NCBI GenBank assembly: GCA_976551045.1
Contig: CDPCPM010000281.1
Location: 10,540,001-10,604,000 of the forward strand
DNA from: Glaucostegus cemiculus
Lineage: Eukaryota
Direction: 5' to 3'
DNA: 64,000 bases
The position numbers were made by a program, and so were the translations under genes. Shown one piece after another: positions 26,861 through 40,881 of the stretch; position 1 is the stretch's first letter; the number at the start of each line of letters is the position of its first letter. The notes beneath the pieces were generated by a model that was given only the letters and a program-made list of their open reading frames with translations, made no database searches and had not been told where the DNA came from.

Positions 26861-28641
26861 CTATGTAAATACATCACCTATTGTGAAAAATAAATGTATA
26901 TCTTTTGAATCTGGTGTAATAATGTATAGATTATCTCTATTTCCAACTCTGGAGCAACCAAAATATAGTTGACCCTGGGAAAAGCATTGAGTTTTGAGAT
27001 TAAGGCCAACAACTTTTAATGATTGACCTTGTGCCTTGTTAATGTTCATAGCAGAACTATGTCTAACAGGGAACTGAAGTTGTTTGAATTGAAACGGTAG
27101 ATCATATGGGATAATTAGTGTCTGAGGGATGAAGGTATTTTCTCCAATGTCATTATCAGTCATTACTGTAGCTTCAATTCCATGTGGTAGTGATTTTTGA
27201 ACTGATAATCTTGTGCTGTTACATAGTATCAGTGGATCCAAATTTCTGACCAGCATGATTGGAGCTTATTCAATTTGATTTTTTTTTTGCCCCTTTACAG
27301 TATTTCGTTTCACATGGTTTATGATGAAGGCATTGTACGAGGAAGTAAAGTTCAAGATTATGTGATGGCACAGCAAGTGGTGTTAGAGAGTCTAAAAATT
27401 CAACAGGAAAATGTACAGCCTCATCAATGTCTGTCACACTGAAAATAGATTTATATAGTATAGGTTGTCCGGGAAGCTTTGAAAAGAAAGTCTTTATTCA
27501 TGGCCTGCACTGCATCATTTACTTGGTGCTAAAATTGCTTTTTGCACAACCATTGGTAATTCACAGTGTGTTGAGTGATATCTGGAAAAAAACAGTTTAA
27601 ATCAGATCATGAAGCGATCTAACAATTCAGCCCAAGGTTTTCACTGAAATCATTCCTGTTGAATCTTCATGTTTACTTTCCCCTTTTCTTAATTTGAGTA
27701 AATTCAAAGCAAACTCTCTCACAGATGGATCGCCTGTCAAATGCGCTTGCCTACTGGTTTTTTAAGTGTAATCGTTTAACATTTCCCAAAATACATGATG
27801 CTTTAATACAAGCTTTCAATTCATGTGCTTTAGTACCTTGTTGAATTACTGGTGGTGTTTGATGAAAATTTCAAGCTAGCACTCAGATAACACCTCCCAT
27901 TAATTTGTTGTTGTGTCTAAGATTTGCAATGTTTGATATAATGCTTCAATGGCTGCTTTGCAAGCTATTGTACAGTCATTCCAAACAGTAGGTTTACAAT
28001 CTTTTAGAGGTTTTTTTTCCTTTACAGTTCCTCATTGGAGTCTCCACATTTGTCAAAGTTGAAGGGAGTTTAAAAGCTGAATGTGCAGGTTTCCCTCCTA
28101 TCAAAAGTGTCAAAGCAATGCATAATGATGCCTTTGAACTTGAGCCAAAAGAAAATTAATAAGGAAAGTTTTTTCCCTTTCCACCAGAAGCATCAAAAAT
28201 AAATTCATTGGTAATTGTAAACAACCTCCATAATAGTGTCTAAGACATTTCTTTGCTATCTCACTTAACTTGGTTCTTTCTCTTGGATATATTCATCTAG
28301 CCGGTTTAAATCATAGCTGGTCTCCTGCAGAAACTCAATGCATAAATGTTCAGTTTCTCTCTGTTTTTCAGATAGATCTGAAGTACTTAGGTCATGTCCA
28401 CCCAAATACTTAGCACCTCAAAGACAGATCTAAAAAAAACTCATTGATTTTCAATGGGAAAAATTAAAATTAGGCCCCTCTGGGCTATGGAGGGCCTCCT
28501 ATGGCGATTTTAAAACTATAAGTGCAGTGCACATTCTCACACTAACCTAACTTAAGTGCAAAATTTCAGATTTCTAGGTTGTTTAGTGACTGAGCTATGC
28601 AAAAGACTCACAGACATTCTGTTTTATTATACATCTTTAGA
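26861..28641 (-). mobile_element. Helitron remnant: 5' terminus joined to a decayed PIF1-family helicase region; Rep/HUH domain absent
   Basis: ORF 26861..27256 has MLVRNLD, LCNSTRL, QFPVR, AMNINKAQGQSL and FSQGQLY..CSRV (PIF1 C-terminal motifs). Upstream, broken frames give a Walker-A-like DASGGKGK near 28165-28195, AHSAFKLP, and decayed DE and GDFRQ motifs. Candidate 5' end A|TCTAAAGATGTATAATAAAACAGAATGTCTGTG at 28641. The 3' end was not identified. Confidence 0.88.
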
Positions 28642-29189
28642 TTTCTTTGAACTTGTTCTGAGGGCTATCACTTGTATTAAGCAAAAAAACTCTCACTTGG
28701 ACAGTTTTAATGTTCCATTAACATAATTTCACTTCTATAGACTTTATTTTACATTAAAATGAAATCCCTGTAAGTGACAAGCAGCACTCTCCCTTTCAAA
28801 ACAACCTCCACCAATGTAATCTTTGTCTTTGTCATAAGTTTGCTACATCTCACCTTTTTGAAAGGGTGATTTCACATTAATTATCAATGAGCAGATTTGT
28901 CCCTTCACAATATTTCATTTCACGAGGTGTATGATGAGGGTATTGTACAAGAAAGCAAAGCCATGATGCTATTTGAAATGCAAATTTTCAATTTCATGTG
29001 CTACTATCAGAGAGCTAACAAGGATTGAATAATGTATGCAAGAGGCTTGCTGTGGGACATATTTTGGACACGTTGAGGCTATAAACAGTGATGGACTGTT
29101 AGTGAGGAAAGCACGGGAAGGACAAAACATGGATAAGAGTTTCCCCAGGGAGGGAGTAAGGTAGAAAGAGAGGTGGAAGTTGCCTTTTT

Positions 29190-30300
29190 GAATGTGAGAT
29201 TATGTGGTCTGAAGTACACTTGTGAGTTGAACATGATGACAAAAATCTCTGTAAATCAAATCAGGTTCTGGGGGTGGGGGGAGGGGGGTTGAGTTTAGGT
29301 CATGGTCAAGGAAAAGACCTTGTGGTTAGCACCCAAATTATGCTTCAATATTCCAAATCTTAATTGAAGGTTGCAGTCATACATTAAAAGCTGTTCTACA
29401 CAAGAGGTTCTGGCAGCAAGTTGGCTGTGTGGTCATGAGAAGTGGTGGAGTTGTAGGCTGGGTTTCAACATACGGATAGAAGTTGAACCCTTATTTGCAG
29501 ATTCAGGGATAAAATATAGGTAAAGAATTAAAAAAAGCCTCGTGTGCTTTGTTGAGAAACAGTAAGATTATAATACAGGAGAAAGATGAAAATATATGAG
29601 CAATACTTCATTAAGTGGATCTATCTGATGGGTTGGGAAATGAAAGACAACCTTGTCAAAAAATGAGGAGGTTAAGGAGTAGTGTGCATTTGTCAATGCC
29701 AGAGATGCTGTGATTTAGAAGAAAAGGGAGGATGAGATACTCAAAGGTGAAAATTTCACAGGAATACGGGATGGGGCAAAGAGGCAATTTGACAAGCAAG
29801 ACTACATTAAGCCAATGCAACCTGGGTGGTTTAAATGATGGAAAATGTGAAGCATCAATGAGGTGAAAAGATTTGTAACAAGCCACCCATATCGGTTAGT
29901 TGATGCTGTTGAAGACAGATGTACGAAACATTATTTGCAATAGATTTCTCATTTCAGAGGAAATGTAGAATGAAGATGAGAAGGAAGTTATAGAGTTTAA
30001 TCACTAAGGAATAGGTATTTCCCAGGATGGGTCTACAGCTCAAGGAGAAATTTTTCCAGATGCATATTATAAAGGTTGTCAAAGAAGGTACAGAGGCAAA
30101 CAATTGGCCTTAACAGGAGATGAAGTTGAGAATAGTGGAAGAAGAGGAACTTAGCAGAGAAAGAGTGACAAATAAGAGGGGAAGTCAGTGAAATCTTGGT
30201 GCTGTACAAAAGAAAGAAGAAAAGGTTGCATGGCTGGAAGGGGAATAAAGAGCCCGATATAACCAGGAACAAAATGGAAAGAGTGACAGCCAAGCTGCAC
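29190..30300 (-). mobile_element. Very old L2-like LINE remnant; similar patches at about 36640-37100 (-) and 45650-46300 (+)
   Basis: Purine-rich plus strand with remnant RT-like phrases. No intact ORF; low certainty. Confidence 0.4.
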
Positions 30301-32574
30301 AAGTGAGATAATACCGTAAAAATTAAAAAAAAAATCTAGCCTTTTAAATTTATCTCTGTTTTGTCTTGGACTTTAAATGCATTTTACTAAGTGATTGTTG
30401 ACAGGTTAAATTAACATTTAACTGAAATATTTTACACAAGAATAATGTGCAATGCCTACCAGCTGTTTCTACAAGTTTTATAGGCAGGAACTGTCATTGT
30501 CATTTATAGAGTTCATGCTAAAGCTCTACAGTCACATACAGATTAAAACATTAGAAAGAACAGCATTGTGAGCTTTTAGTAAATTGCGCAGAGTGTTTTT
30601 GTTCCAAATAAGAGTAGTCAGCAAATTTGGTACTGAATTATTCAAAAGTTCCACCTTCTAAATCATCGCAAAATTCACATGACAGAAGTTATGCAATATT
30701 TTGGAAACTGGAACAGAACCAAACTGCTCAAACAATTACAAGATTTTATGTTTATCTTATAAGAACTTTCAAATATGTTAATGCAGTAGAAAAATAATTG
30801 TAAAATGCATAATCAATGATTAATGTTAGCATTTAAAATCTATGTTCCAGATTAAAAACAATTCCTATGGGGATATTGGGAAGGACTACAAGCATAGTTC
30901 TCAAAATAATATTATAAAGTGATAACATAAAACAATATAAATTTCATTGATGTTCTCGGAACTGTAAAATATTTATATAAGTGCACTCATGTAAGTGCAT
31001 ATACTCTCAAATAAATACATCTGAGAAATAACTTCCTTTCTATTCCACCTGTTAGCCTTCTTTCAATTTTGAAAAGAACATCAAACGACATTCATACATT
31101 GAGTTTATCATTCAACTAATGAAGACATTTTGTAAGAAGAATACTTTAGGGTAATGAAGTCTAAACCCAATTATCATACAAGTCATTCACTGTTAACTTG
31201 CAGAGTTCTTCATTCTCATTTAATTTGCGCTATATTTATTTTCAGTATAAATTATTGTGAAGGATGTAGAAAATATATTCCTACAGTGACTCTAATTTAT
31301 TACTTCACAACTCACCTGAATGCCAAGGTAATATGAGAACAACAATACAAGATCATGTTCATAAACACATACTCAATATAAGGAGCAGCTGTAAATAAAC
31401 CTATGTTATATAATACTGAATATTTATGTATCAATATGCAGAATTGCTGCATTTTAAAGCAAGACAACAAATTAAATCAAGAAATTACTAATCAGAATAC
31501 AATGATTTGGTTGAAGAAGTCTATTAGACCTGAAGTAATAATCACAAAGAATCAAAAGCAAATAGACTAGGGAATGCAAGGAGAAATTAATCATCACAGA
31601 AGAATGACATTCAATGTTGCATAGAAAATAAAATAAATCATTATTGAATGTTGTTAATAGTCCTCAAAGATGATGGCACACATTAAATGCAGTAAAGTGA
31701 TTGGCAATGAATACAGTACAGAGTTTACCTTCCTCTGGCCTTTCTTTTAGGGGGCAAACTTTCACCAGTCTCTGGAGTTATTCAGAACCAGATCATAATC
31801 CCAAATGTGGGGATCAAATTACAAGAGATTATGAGCAGTCTGCAATGTCAGAAGACCATCGGGGCAATTTCTTAAATTTCCTCTGCCTATAGCCATGTTA
31901 CTGCTCATTTCCCACAGAATAACTGCAGTGACATTGCTGGCAGGATGTTGGAAGCTGTGCAGCTGTTAAAGGCGAGTGCAATTAAGAGTTTCGAGGGTTG
32001 ATTGGATTGAGTTCAATGCAGCCCAATTTCACCTGCTCAATCTACAGTGACCATCAATCAGTTATGCTGAGCATAATGAATTAACTCCAATAATACATAG
32101 AAATGAAGTTAATAGACTATCTATTTTGGTGCACTGCATAAAAAATTTAACCAATGGCAAAACCTTAACTATTTTCTAGCTTTATTTTCCATTCCAACAT
32201 GCAGATGTCAAGCTATTGTGAAACCAGCTGGAGCACTGTCAGTTAATTTAAGAGCAAATATCAGCATACAATCCCTTTAGTTGTTTATACTGTCTACAGA
32301 TAACAGGCAGGAGATATCAATTACTTTAGGAGGGGCAGGGATAGAGGGAAAAGGATCATAATGGAGAATGTGACCATTTAGAAATTAAGTGGCCAAGGAA
32401 ATCTAAGGTTCGATATGAAGTCAATGCATCTAAATACATCAATGTTTAAATACTGACTGCAGGCCCATTGCCAATAGGTCAAAAATATTTCATAATGCTC
32501 TCTAATTTAAATAGCACACCGACATATATTTTATGGACAAAATATAAATTTGTAACACTGAATAGTCTTCATAC

Positions 32575-32710
32575 CTTGTCTGCTAATGCCTTCAAGGACT
32601 CAAGAAATCTTGACCAAAAGTCCTTAAAGAGAGGACGATCAATTTTCTTGAGGCTGTCTTTAGTACTTGCATCCACACTGACATAAAGCTGAGTAACTGG
32701 CTCAAGATTT
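32575..32710 (-). CDS. TYW1: TYW1 exon, 136 nt: NLEPVTQLYVSVDASTKDSLKKIDRPLFKDFWSRFLESLKALADK
   Basis: cttcattcag|AAATCTT...GACAAG|gtatga. Overlaps ORF 32569..32766. Phase 2 in, phase 0 out. Confidence 0.98.
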
Positions 32711-34659
32711 CTGAATGAAGAAAAAAAATTGGAGCACATTATTCTGCTAATGGTGCTTTTCTTCAAACAAAAGTTTATCTAACAGGATCAAATTCCTGAA
32801 ATTAGTTTTAAAGTCCATCTGATAAAGGATTTTTTTAAAATCACTTTTCTTTCCCTCTCTAGCTTTCAAAGTGACTTAGGAAAAAGATTCTCAAGATTAC
32901 ATTGCCAACAATTGTGGACATACCAAAATGCAAGAGGGTGATCTGCAATTCCTCTCAATTCAAAAACAAACATGGTGCCAAGTTAAGAACATAAGGTTAT
33001 TGATGTCTCCTAAATTAGAAAACTGTGCGTGTGACTTGAATTGCACTACTCTGTGCGCTCTAATTACCAACTGCCATGGTTTTTGCAACTTTGGAAATAT
33101 CTATGTAATTATTTTAAGATGTTAATTTACCATATGCATAATTACACATGAATGTTTGTGGCTAGGCCAATCAAATCACTCAAAATGCGTTTGATTAAAA
33201 TCTTTTGTCCAGGTGAAATCTCTAACCTCCAAATAAGATTTAAATCAGAAAGTTACTGCAGAGAAGTGATGAAAAAACTACCCTCAGCAATAAGGCAGCA
33301 TTTATCTGAGTATACCAAGAGGCTGTAACAAAACTGAGGATAATGTGAATCAAAACCAAAACTTTCTAGCAGTAGAATTATATTTGGCACACCTGAGCTA
33401 GTTTGTCTTGTCTGAAACTAATTATATCTCTACCTGGAATTCTTCAGGGAAATACACTTAAACCAACTATTTATAGCTGCTTCACAAATGTCCAATCCTA
33501 TCTGAGTTAAGAATGGGAGAGTACACAGATGATTCAAGTGTCATACCTCCTACAAAATAATCTAATTCCTAAAATTCTCACAGGAACTGTACAACATCTA
33601 GGCTTGGGCTAGCAAACAGTGTTTCCTGCTCCATTCTATTCAGGAACAATAGACTAAAAGAGCTTCCCTTTTGATTTAAGGAAAGAAACTAGAGAGGTCT
33701 TTACTATCAAATTTACAGCCATCTCCAAAGTTGGTTGACTGTAAGTTTATTTTAGAAGGGTCCTTACAAACTTCAAGCATTATGTGACTTGGACTACAAT
33801 GAGACATGCTGAGACAAATAAAAAGCAATTTATATTTAACCTTGAAAAAGTGAAGATCAAATCCATATCTAAAGAGTTTTTAATCCATTAAAAAGATACA
33901 TATGCTCTTAACCAATTCCTTCTATATACAATTCCCTTATGCACATAATGCAAATTTCAAGTGAAAACTCATGTCAATAATTGTAATTAATATGGCATGC
34001 AGTGAAAAAGTGTCTTCCTTCTGTAAGTTGATTAGTAAATTCTCAGTCTGTATTCAAAACAGAACGCTGTTATTTGCTATCTTTAACATTCCTGGTTCAA
34101 TTTCATTCATTTTAACAAAATAACATCTCACGTGTTTTTTATTAACATTGGTGCCACAAATTGATAGAACAATTGAAAATATTTTTGCTCAAGATTATTT
34201 TTATGACAGAATCAGATTTACTACCAGTGACTTAAGCGATCTGAAATTTAAAACACAAGTGGTTCATCCACACTAAAAGAAAAATAGGGTGTAAAAATAT
34301 GAATACTTTAACCCAATATCCAGTTGAATTAAAAAGAGGATGCATCCATTATGTCCACAGCTAAATTAGGTCAATGCTTTAATTTTCTTTGTAACCATTT
34401 TTTCTTGTAGGTAGTGTTAGGTTGGTTATATCTTGGTTAATTAATTGAAAATTAAACAATTTTTATTAGATAAACACATAGCAGGAAGTATATTTCTTTC
34501 TCATTGGACAGTGTTTCAAAATCAATTAAAATCCAGAGTAAACAACAAAGCCTATCCTATAAAGCTGTAATTAAAAATAAAAGCACAATTTCCTTTTTAG
34601 TTAATTTTCTGGTATGTATCAAAACTTCATCTATTAGAGGCTACTAAGTTCATCCTCAC

Positions 34660-34837
34660 CTGATTTCTTCAGGGAACTGGGCATTTGTAACAAGAAAACT
34701 GGAAATATTTTGATGGTGTAACAGCTTTATAAACTGGTTGATTTTTGGGTACATGATTGGCTCTCCTACTAATGACAATGCACAGTGTTTCACCACCATG
34801 CCTTCTGCAAAACGGTCAGCTTTTACTCCAGGTACAC
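34660..34837 (-). CDS. TYW1: TYW1 exon, 178 nt: VPGVKADRFAEGMVVKHCALSLVGEPIMYPKINQFIKLLHHQNISSFLVTNAQFPEEI(R)
   Basis: gtttgcag|GTGTACC...GAAATCAG|gtgagg. Contains the HCALSLVGEP and FLVTNA radical-SAM barrel motifs. Overlaps ORF 34656..34847. Confidence 0.98.
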
Positions 34838-36034
34838 CTGCAAACACAAGAGATACTTGAGTAAGACCTTAGCTAAGTGGTATGTTTCGTGTACTGGACC
34901 AGAATTTATTCACCCGAGATAACATTCAACTATAAAAACAAACTGAAAGACATCAATACCACAAACTACAAACATATAACATAATCAACTGCATTTTAAA
35001 TATACAGCTGATATCAAAAAAATGTTGTACTGAGTAAAACAAGTAACCTGGATATGCATTATTGTTTTAATTAGAGAACATAATTTTTTTCTCTTGGTTA
35101 TTAATGTGCTAAAATTAGTTAATTCATCCACTCATTGGCTAATATTTAGGCAAAATGGCTCTTCACAGATGCAGGTGCAAAACTGAGGAAGATTTGTTCC
35201 ATTGATCAAACAACATTGTACCTTGGTAAAAATAATGGATCAAATAGTTTGCCAGGGAAGATGCTTAGAAGCCATCTTGACATGCTACTCTACAAAAGCA
35301 ATCATAGCTTTCAAATATGATGTACTTCAAATGACATTTACATAAATTAGGCCCTGAATGGTTTAATTCCTTCAAAGTGGATATTTTTTAATAACAGATT
35401 ATGGAACTTAATCTGACTTGGATCAAACTCAATTAATAAAATACTAAGCCCAGTGGCAAAGAACACAAACTTCAGTATGTTATCTGGATTTTTCTCTCTG
35501 TTTTGACCAGCTCTGATTCATCTTGGAGTGCAGTAGAAGCACAAGGCTTATGCACCAAGAAAAGCACCATCAAGGATAGACTGAAGAAAGTCAACATATT
35601 GTTACTTGTTGGTTACTGAAACTCCTAGTACAAAATACAGTTTTGAGTAAAAACATAAAAATAAAATGTGTGTATTTTAAAACATTGTGGCTAATTTATT
35701 AACCAGATTTTTAAAAATTCCTTTAAAGTTAACATTATATGTTTATCCTTGAAGGCCTCAAAGCAAACAAAAAAATCTTGGTCATAATATTTTTGCCCAG
35801 AACCATTATGTTTTTAGCTGAAAACAGAACGTACACTGAACATATTCAGTGTATACATTTATTAGGATGCATCAACACATTTTAGAACTGACATCCTGCA
35901 ATTTCTTTTAGATTTATCAATTTTGTTTGCTATTTTGAGAGCTAGAAGATGAATTCTAGAAGAGATTAAGTGTAAAGATTGTTTATTCTTTTTAAGTTAC
36001 AGAGCTATCATTTTTGTTTGCACGCACATACACA

Positions 36035-36039
<5 letters not shown>

Positions 36040-36065
<26 letters not shown>
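36040..36065. repeat. (GT)13 microsatellite
   Basis: Direct reading. Confidence 0.95.
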
Positions 36066-38854
36066 ACATACACATGCATGAAGGGTGAAAGTTGAAGCAA
36101 AACAAAACAGTAAGAGGGTAGAGGAAGAGGTAGGAAATGAGGTGAGGGAAATGATGGGGAGAGTACAGAGGGACAGAAGTGGGAATTGGAAGAGGGTGTA
36201 CAGGGAGACAGCAGGGAAGAAAAACAACCTCTGGAACACCCACAACCAGCAACAGCAACACTAATTTATTACAACCCTTTATTCATATCCATCTGTCTCC
36301 CTCTTAACTTCATCATCTAATGCCAGGAGGTCTAATTTGCAAAACCAATTTCTCAGCTGGCATTTTTTAAAGATTCCTGGAAATTGCACCCATCACATCC
36401 TACCTGTAATAATTATTCTCTCAACAAGTTACATCAGGTCCCAGTGCCTGACTCACAGCCTGATTTATTTCCAGATCTAATTGTGGCAGCTGGTAATTTT
36501 TCATGTACTGAGAAGGCAGTAGCTTGCCTTATTTCTTTCGTCCTGTCTTTGATCCAAACTGTGTCTTTAGCTACCAGCTCCAATATCCTCACTACCTGCC
36601 ACCCATCTGTATTGGGTTTCTTCTTGCTTCCTTAGCCCCTCAGGTTTCTTTATTGGACTATTTAAAGATTTAATTTTTGATTCATGCATAAATCTTTGCA
36701 TTTTTGATGAAGGTGAAAATAAGGAAGCAATATATTAATTAATTAACTTTGTCCACCCTCTACCTATCATGATAATTTTACCTTCCTCCTTTCTGATTAT
36801 CTGAGAGAAAGTGGAGAATATTTTGACTTGAGATTTGGGAATCATTGAAGATGGCCTGGAAGCGTAGGATGAAAATGTCAGTGTGGAGTCAGTAAGTTGT
36901 CTACTAATGGGCAAGATATGCAAGAAATGGGAAGTGATGTCTGCTCACCATTTTGGTGTGTTGGAAGTGACGGCAGAGTATTGAATACTGTGGTTTGGTC
37001 ACACCACTATGGGTTCTCAGAGTTTAGCAGGACAGATATGATCCTGAAATTTTCCAAAAAGCAGCAAGTTTTGGTTTTGACTGCACTGAGAGGAAGAGAT
37101 CACACTAGAAATAAGCTTTCAATTCTAAAATTAATAACCAAAGGAGATTGCAGAAATGGGGAATAGTCCACGGGTACTTTTGCTGTCTAGAAACCATGTC
37201 AGACAGTAATAGGGTGCAGGTAAAGGATCTATACTACGGGAGTTGGTCATAGGCAGTATTAGGTAAGGGGAATAGCCATTCACACAACTGTGGAGAAACC
37301 GAAGTCTAACACTATAAGAATATGTAGCAGAGAGAGACCACTTAATCTGTAGCTGTTCCTTTGTGAACTTTCTTCACTCCCCTGCTCATTCTCCACAGCT
37401 CAGTAATTTTAATTCCCTTTCAAGTATTTAGTCAATTCTTTTCTGAATGTTACTATTGAAACTGCTTCCACAATTTTTGTCAGGTGGTACAGTTCACATG
37501 GTTTGGGGTTACTGTGGTTACATGAACAGTGAAAATTGATGGGGGCAGCAGAAGTGGGCTCTGGATAGCAAACCTGGTTAAGATGGCACTGACAGGATAA
37601 AAAAAAGGCAGCTAATGACACACAGAAAACATACAATGCATAGGCAAAATAAGGGTATATTTATAATAAGTAGCTATGGACAAACATTGAACCTTAAGCT
37701 ACAGACTTAACAGAATACCTCTAAGCAAATGTTTGTCTACACGTTAACAGCACTATGCAGGAACAACAATGATACAAATTTCATTCAAAATTATTCAGAT
37801 TTTTAAGAATTGTTTTCTTACAGCATAAGATTTAACAAAGAAATCAAAAAAGATATTTTAAACAAATGGTATAGTTTTTGAAGTGATTGGATTTGTTGGA
37901 TTAGCTTGTTTTAATGATTGATTTTTCTTTCAGCTCATCTTTGACTCATTGTTTGCATTCTTATTTATTGCCTCTTCATCAATTGATTTACATCCTCCAA
38001 GTGCTTTTTATTTATTCATTACTCAACTACTGCAGTCTCATTTGTCGGTCCTTTATTAACCAATTTCACATTTGTAATGTGTGACACACCATGCATCAGC
38101 CCAAAAACATGCACTGTTGGTGGCCTCATGTTATTGTGTTTACACAGATACAGTATATAATTCGGCTGACAATTGAATGACAAATGATTCGTTTAATGAC
38201 TACACAGATTATACTTATTTTCTAATACTACTATCAGAGTAAATAACTCCTTTCTGAATTTTATATTTACCTCTGTAATGGATACTATCACATTTCAGAT
38301 TAGCCCCTATGATTCATTAGCACTTTATGCATACACACATAAAGTCAGTTGCATTTCATGATTAATACCTAAAAGCGTAACCTTTTCAATAAATCCATCC
38401 AATTCTCCTCAACTGTTGTATATTGAGACTAACACTTATTGACTTTCCCATTTGTAGCTACAGAATGTGCAGCACCTTGAATAAAGAAATTCCAGGTCTA
38501 TAGTGAATTTGTTAAACACTATAGCCTTCTACTATTACAATACTTCATCATATTGCTGATATTTAAGAGTACACTGATGGAGTAGTAGTGGATGGATGGA
38601 ATGTGTCCCAATATCTGTGTATAGGACATACAGGGCCATTCTATATATTGTTAGGTAAATGCCAGTGTTGCAGTTGAGTTGGAACAGCTTGTCAAGAGGC
38701 ATTCTTTAGCACTGTGGTCAAGAAGATGGTGTTCTGCTCACATCCTTTTCTATATCCAGTACCCAGTGATTTCCTAGTACCACATGGAGAGAGCTGGCTC
38801 AAGCCTGCCCATCGTGCAGCTATTACAACTACTAGAGAAAGCTGTAGGAAAGAG

Positions 38855-39048
38855 TCTCCAGAGGAAGTGGTTGAGGCAGGCACAGCAGTATTATTTAAGA
38901 AGCACTTGGATAGGTACATGGAGGGGCAGAGCTTGGAGGGATATGGGCCTAATACAGGAAATTAAAACTAGCTGGTTGGGCACCATGATCGGCATGGACT
39001 CGTTAGGTTGAAGGGCCTGTATCCATGCTGCATTGCTCTATGACTCCA
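38855..39048 (+). mobile_element. CR1-type LINE extreme 3' end; related pieces at about 48663-48765 and 60035-60113
   Basis: PEEVVEAGTAVLFKKHLDRYMEGQSLEGYGPN, followed by the gaagggcctgt.tcc.tgctg..tctatgactc tail. Confidence 0.8.
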
Positions 39049-39104
39049 TCAGTCAACTATGCTGGTAAGCCATGTCATTTGCATGCATGACATCCTACTC
39101 CTGA

Positions 39105-39485
39105 AACAGATGCTATATTCCGAACTGTCACAGGAAGAGATTACCAGGCAGACAGATAAAAAGATTCAAGGATATACTCAAAGCATTCCTTGAAGAACAG
39201 CAACATCCTCATTGACCCCAGGAAACCTCTGATCCATGAATGCTCACAGTGGAGAAGGAGCATTTGGAATGGCACTAAGAGCCTCATCAGCAGCATACAG
39301 AAGTCCTGTGTTCATGGCAGAAGGAACACACCACGTCACAAACTAGCCACCTAGCCACCCCTTAAGACACCTCCTGCCCCATCTCTGGAAAAGTCTGCAG
39401 TTCCCACTCATCAGCCACCTCAGAAGCCAAAATGGCAGAAGGGAAGCAAGTCATCCTGAATCCTGAGGCATTGCCAAAGAAGTAA
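39105..39485 (+). mobile_element. RTE-clade LINE 3' end; inverted copy at about 55238-55425
   Basis: KRLPGRQIKRFKDILK, WRRSIWNG and C-terminal CPI.GKVC..LISHLR zinc-finger-like remnants. The tail is mirrored at 55238-55300. Confidence 0.7.
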
Positions 39486-40771
39486 ATGTTCTTACTCTAA
39501 ACAAATGGTGTAATTGAAAGAAAATAGGTTCCTTTTCTCCAAGTTCTTCTGGAATTCCCGATCAGAGGCTTCAGTAATCGGCTGCTTTAAATGTATGCAA
39601 GTCCCAGACATCTGCGCATGCACTGTTTGGGAGTTCTTCAGTTCCAAAAATGCCTGACCTAATGAGTTTTTTCATTGTTTTCTGTTTTTATTTCAGATTT
39701 CCAACATCTGCAGCTTTTTGATTTTCATTTACAGCTCAATAGCAGCCTGGACTGGACAATAAATCTTGTCATTTCTGGTGCCATGTGAATCTCACAACAG
39801 AATTAAGACAAACTTGGATATTTATTTTATTCCTTCATTGACAACGACAAGCAAATTCCACTTTAGCATTTAGAACCAAATTCATCACATGGAATACAGA
39901 AATCTATAATTTTTTTTACATTCTAACTTTTTTTTTAACATATTTTTACATTTACTGGACAACAATTGCTCCTCTTGCTAACACCACCTACATCCCAAGA
40001 ATGAATATATTTTAAGAGAATGCTAAGGGAAGGAAATTAAAACAGAAAAAGCTGGAGATATTCATTATAGTCAGAATTGTTATTTGACAAAGGAAGGAAG
40101 CTGTATTAATAGGAAGTGTAGAGCACAGATTTGCTAATGTGATGCTTAGTATTAGGAAATAAAAATATCTTGGAAACTGGTATTATGTTCTGCAGAAGAG
40201 ATGAGGTTAAGGAGTAATTTCAAAGAGATGCTTAAAATTAAGAAGGATTGGGAAGAAGATAACACAAGGCTAGTTCTACTGAATGAGATTTTGGTCCAAC
40301 AGCTATAAATCTTTAGTTTGTACAATGCCTTTCCCATCCCTTTTATGATTTCTCAAGGCACTTTACCGCTAATAAAGCACTTTTGAAATGTAGTCATTGT
40401 TTGTGTGTAGGAGAAACCACTTTAAAACAAAAATGGGGATTCTGAGATTGTGAAATGGATTGTCGGACTTTTACTTCTTAATATGGAATTTTAAGTACTT
40501 AAGAATAGATGAGAAAGCTAGTTGAAGGAGTAGTGCATGGAAATAAATGGGTGTTTAGAATTAGGATCACTGCTCCTGTTCCTCCATAGACTGGCTGGGC
40601 TGAACTCTGATACAATTCAAAACAAAGGATGGAAATAAGGCAAAAGCTGAACTGCTCCTGTTCCTTTGCCATCCTCATTTGCTAACCCATCTCACTTATC
40701 ATTAAGTGTGTGGAACGAAATATTTACCCTATAATTTCTAATATTCCTGTTACTGTTTGACAACTATTTAC

Positions 40772-40881
40772 CTTTAAACTGTTTGATCAGGTTCTGATGG
40801 TTCTCAATTGCTTCTTTTAATATCATATCAGCTTCATCCATTTTCCATCTCCATTCAGTTCCAACAGGGTTGGTATGATGC
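40772..40881 (-). CDS. TYW1: TYW1 exon, 110 nt: HHTNPVGTEWRWKMDEADMILKEAIENHQNLIKQFK(G)
   Basis: ttttatcag|GCATCAT...TTTAAAG|gtaaat. Phase 2 in, phase 1 out, matching both neighbouring exons. Confidence 0.97.

Larger units (their letters stand above)
1316..32574 (-). other. 31.3-kb phase-0 intron of TYW1
   Basis: GT at 32574 and AG ending at 1316. The flanking exons are contiguous in the known protein (ALADK|KQRTVY). Confidence 0.93.

Noticed and set aside
26861-27256. Nested cellular PIF1 gene
   Set aside because: Intronless, with frameshifts and stops upstream, Helitron-type motifs and a Helitron-like terminus.
29270-29288. G-quadruplex candidate G5-T-G6-A-G6
   Set aside because: A short poly-G run inside repeat debris. 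Similar G/C runs are scattered through the window with no functional context.
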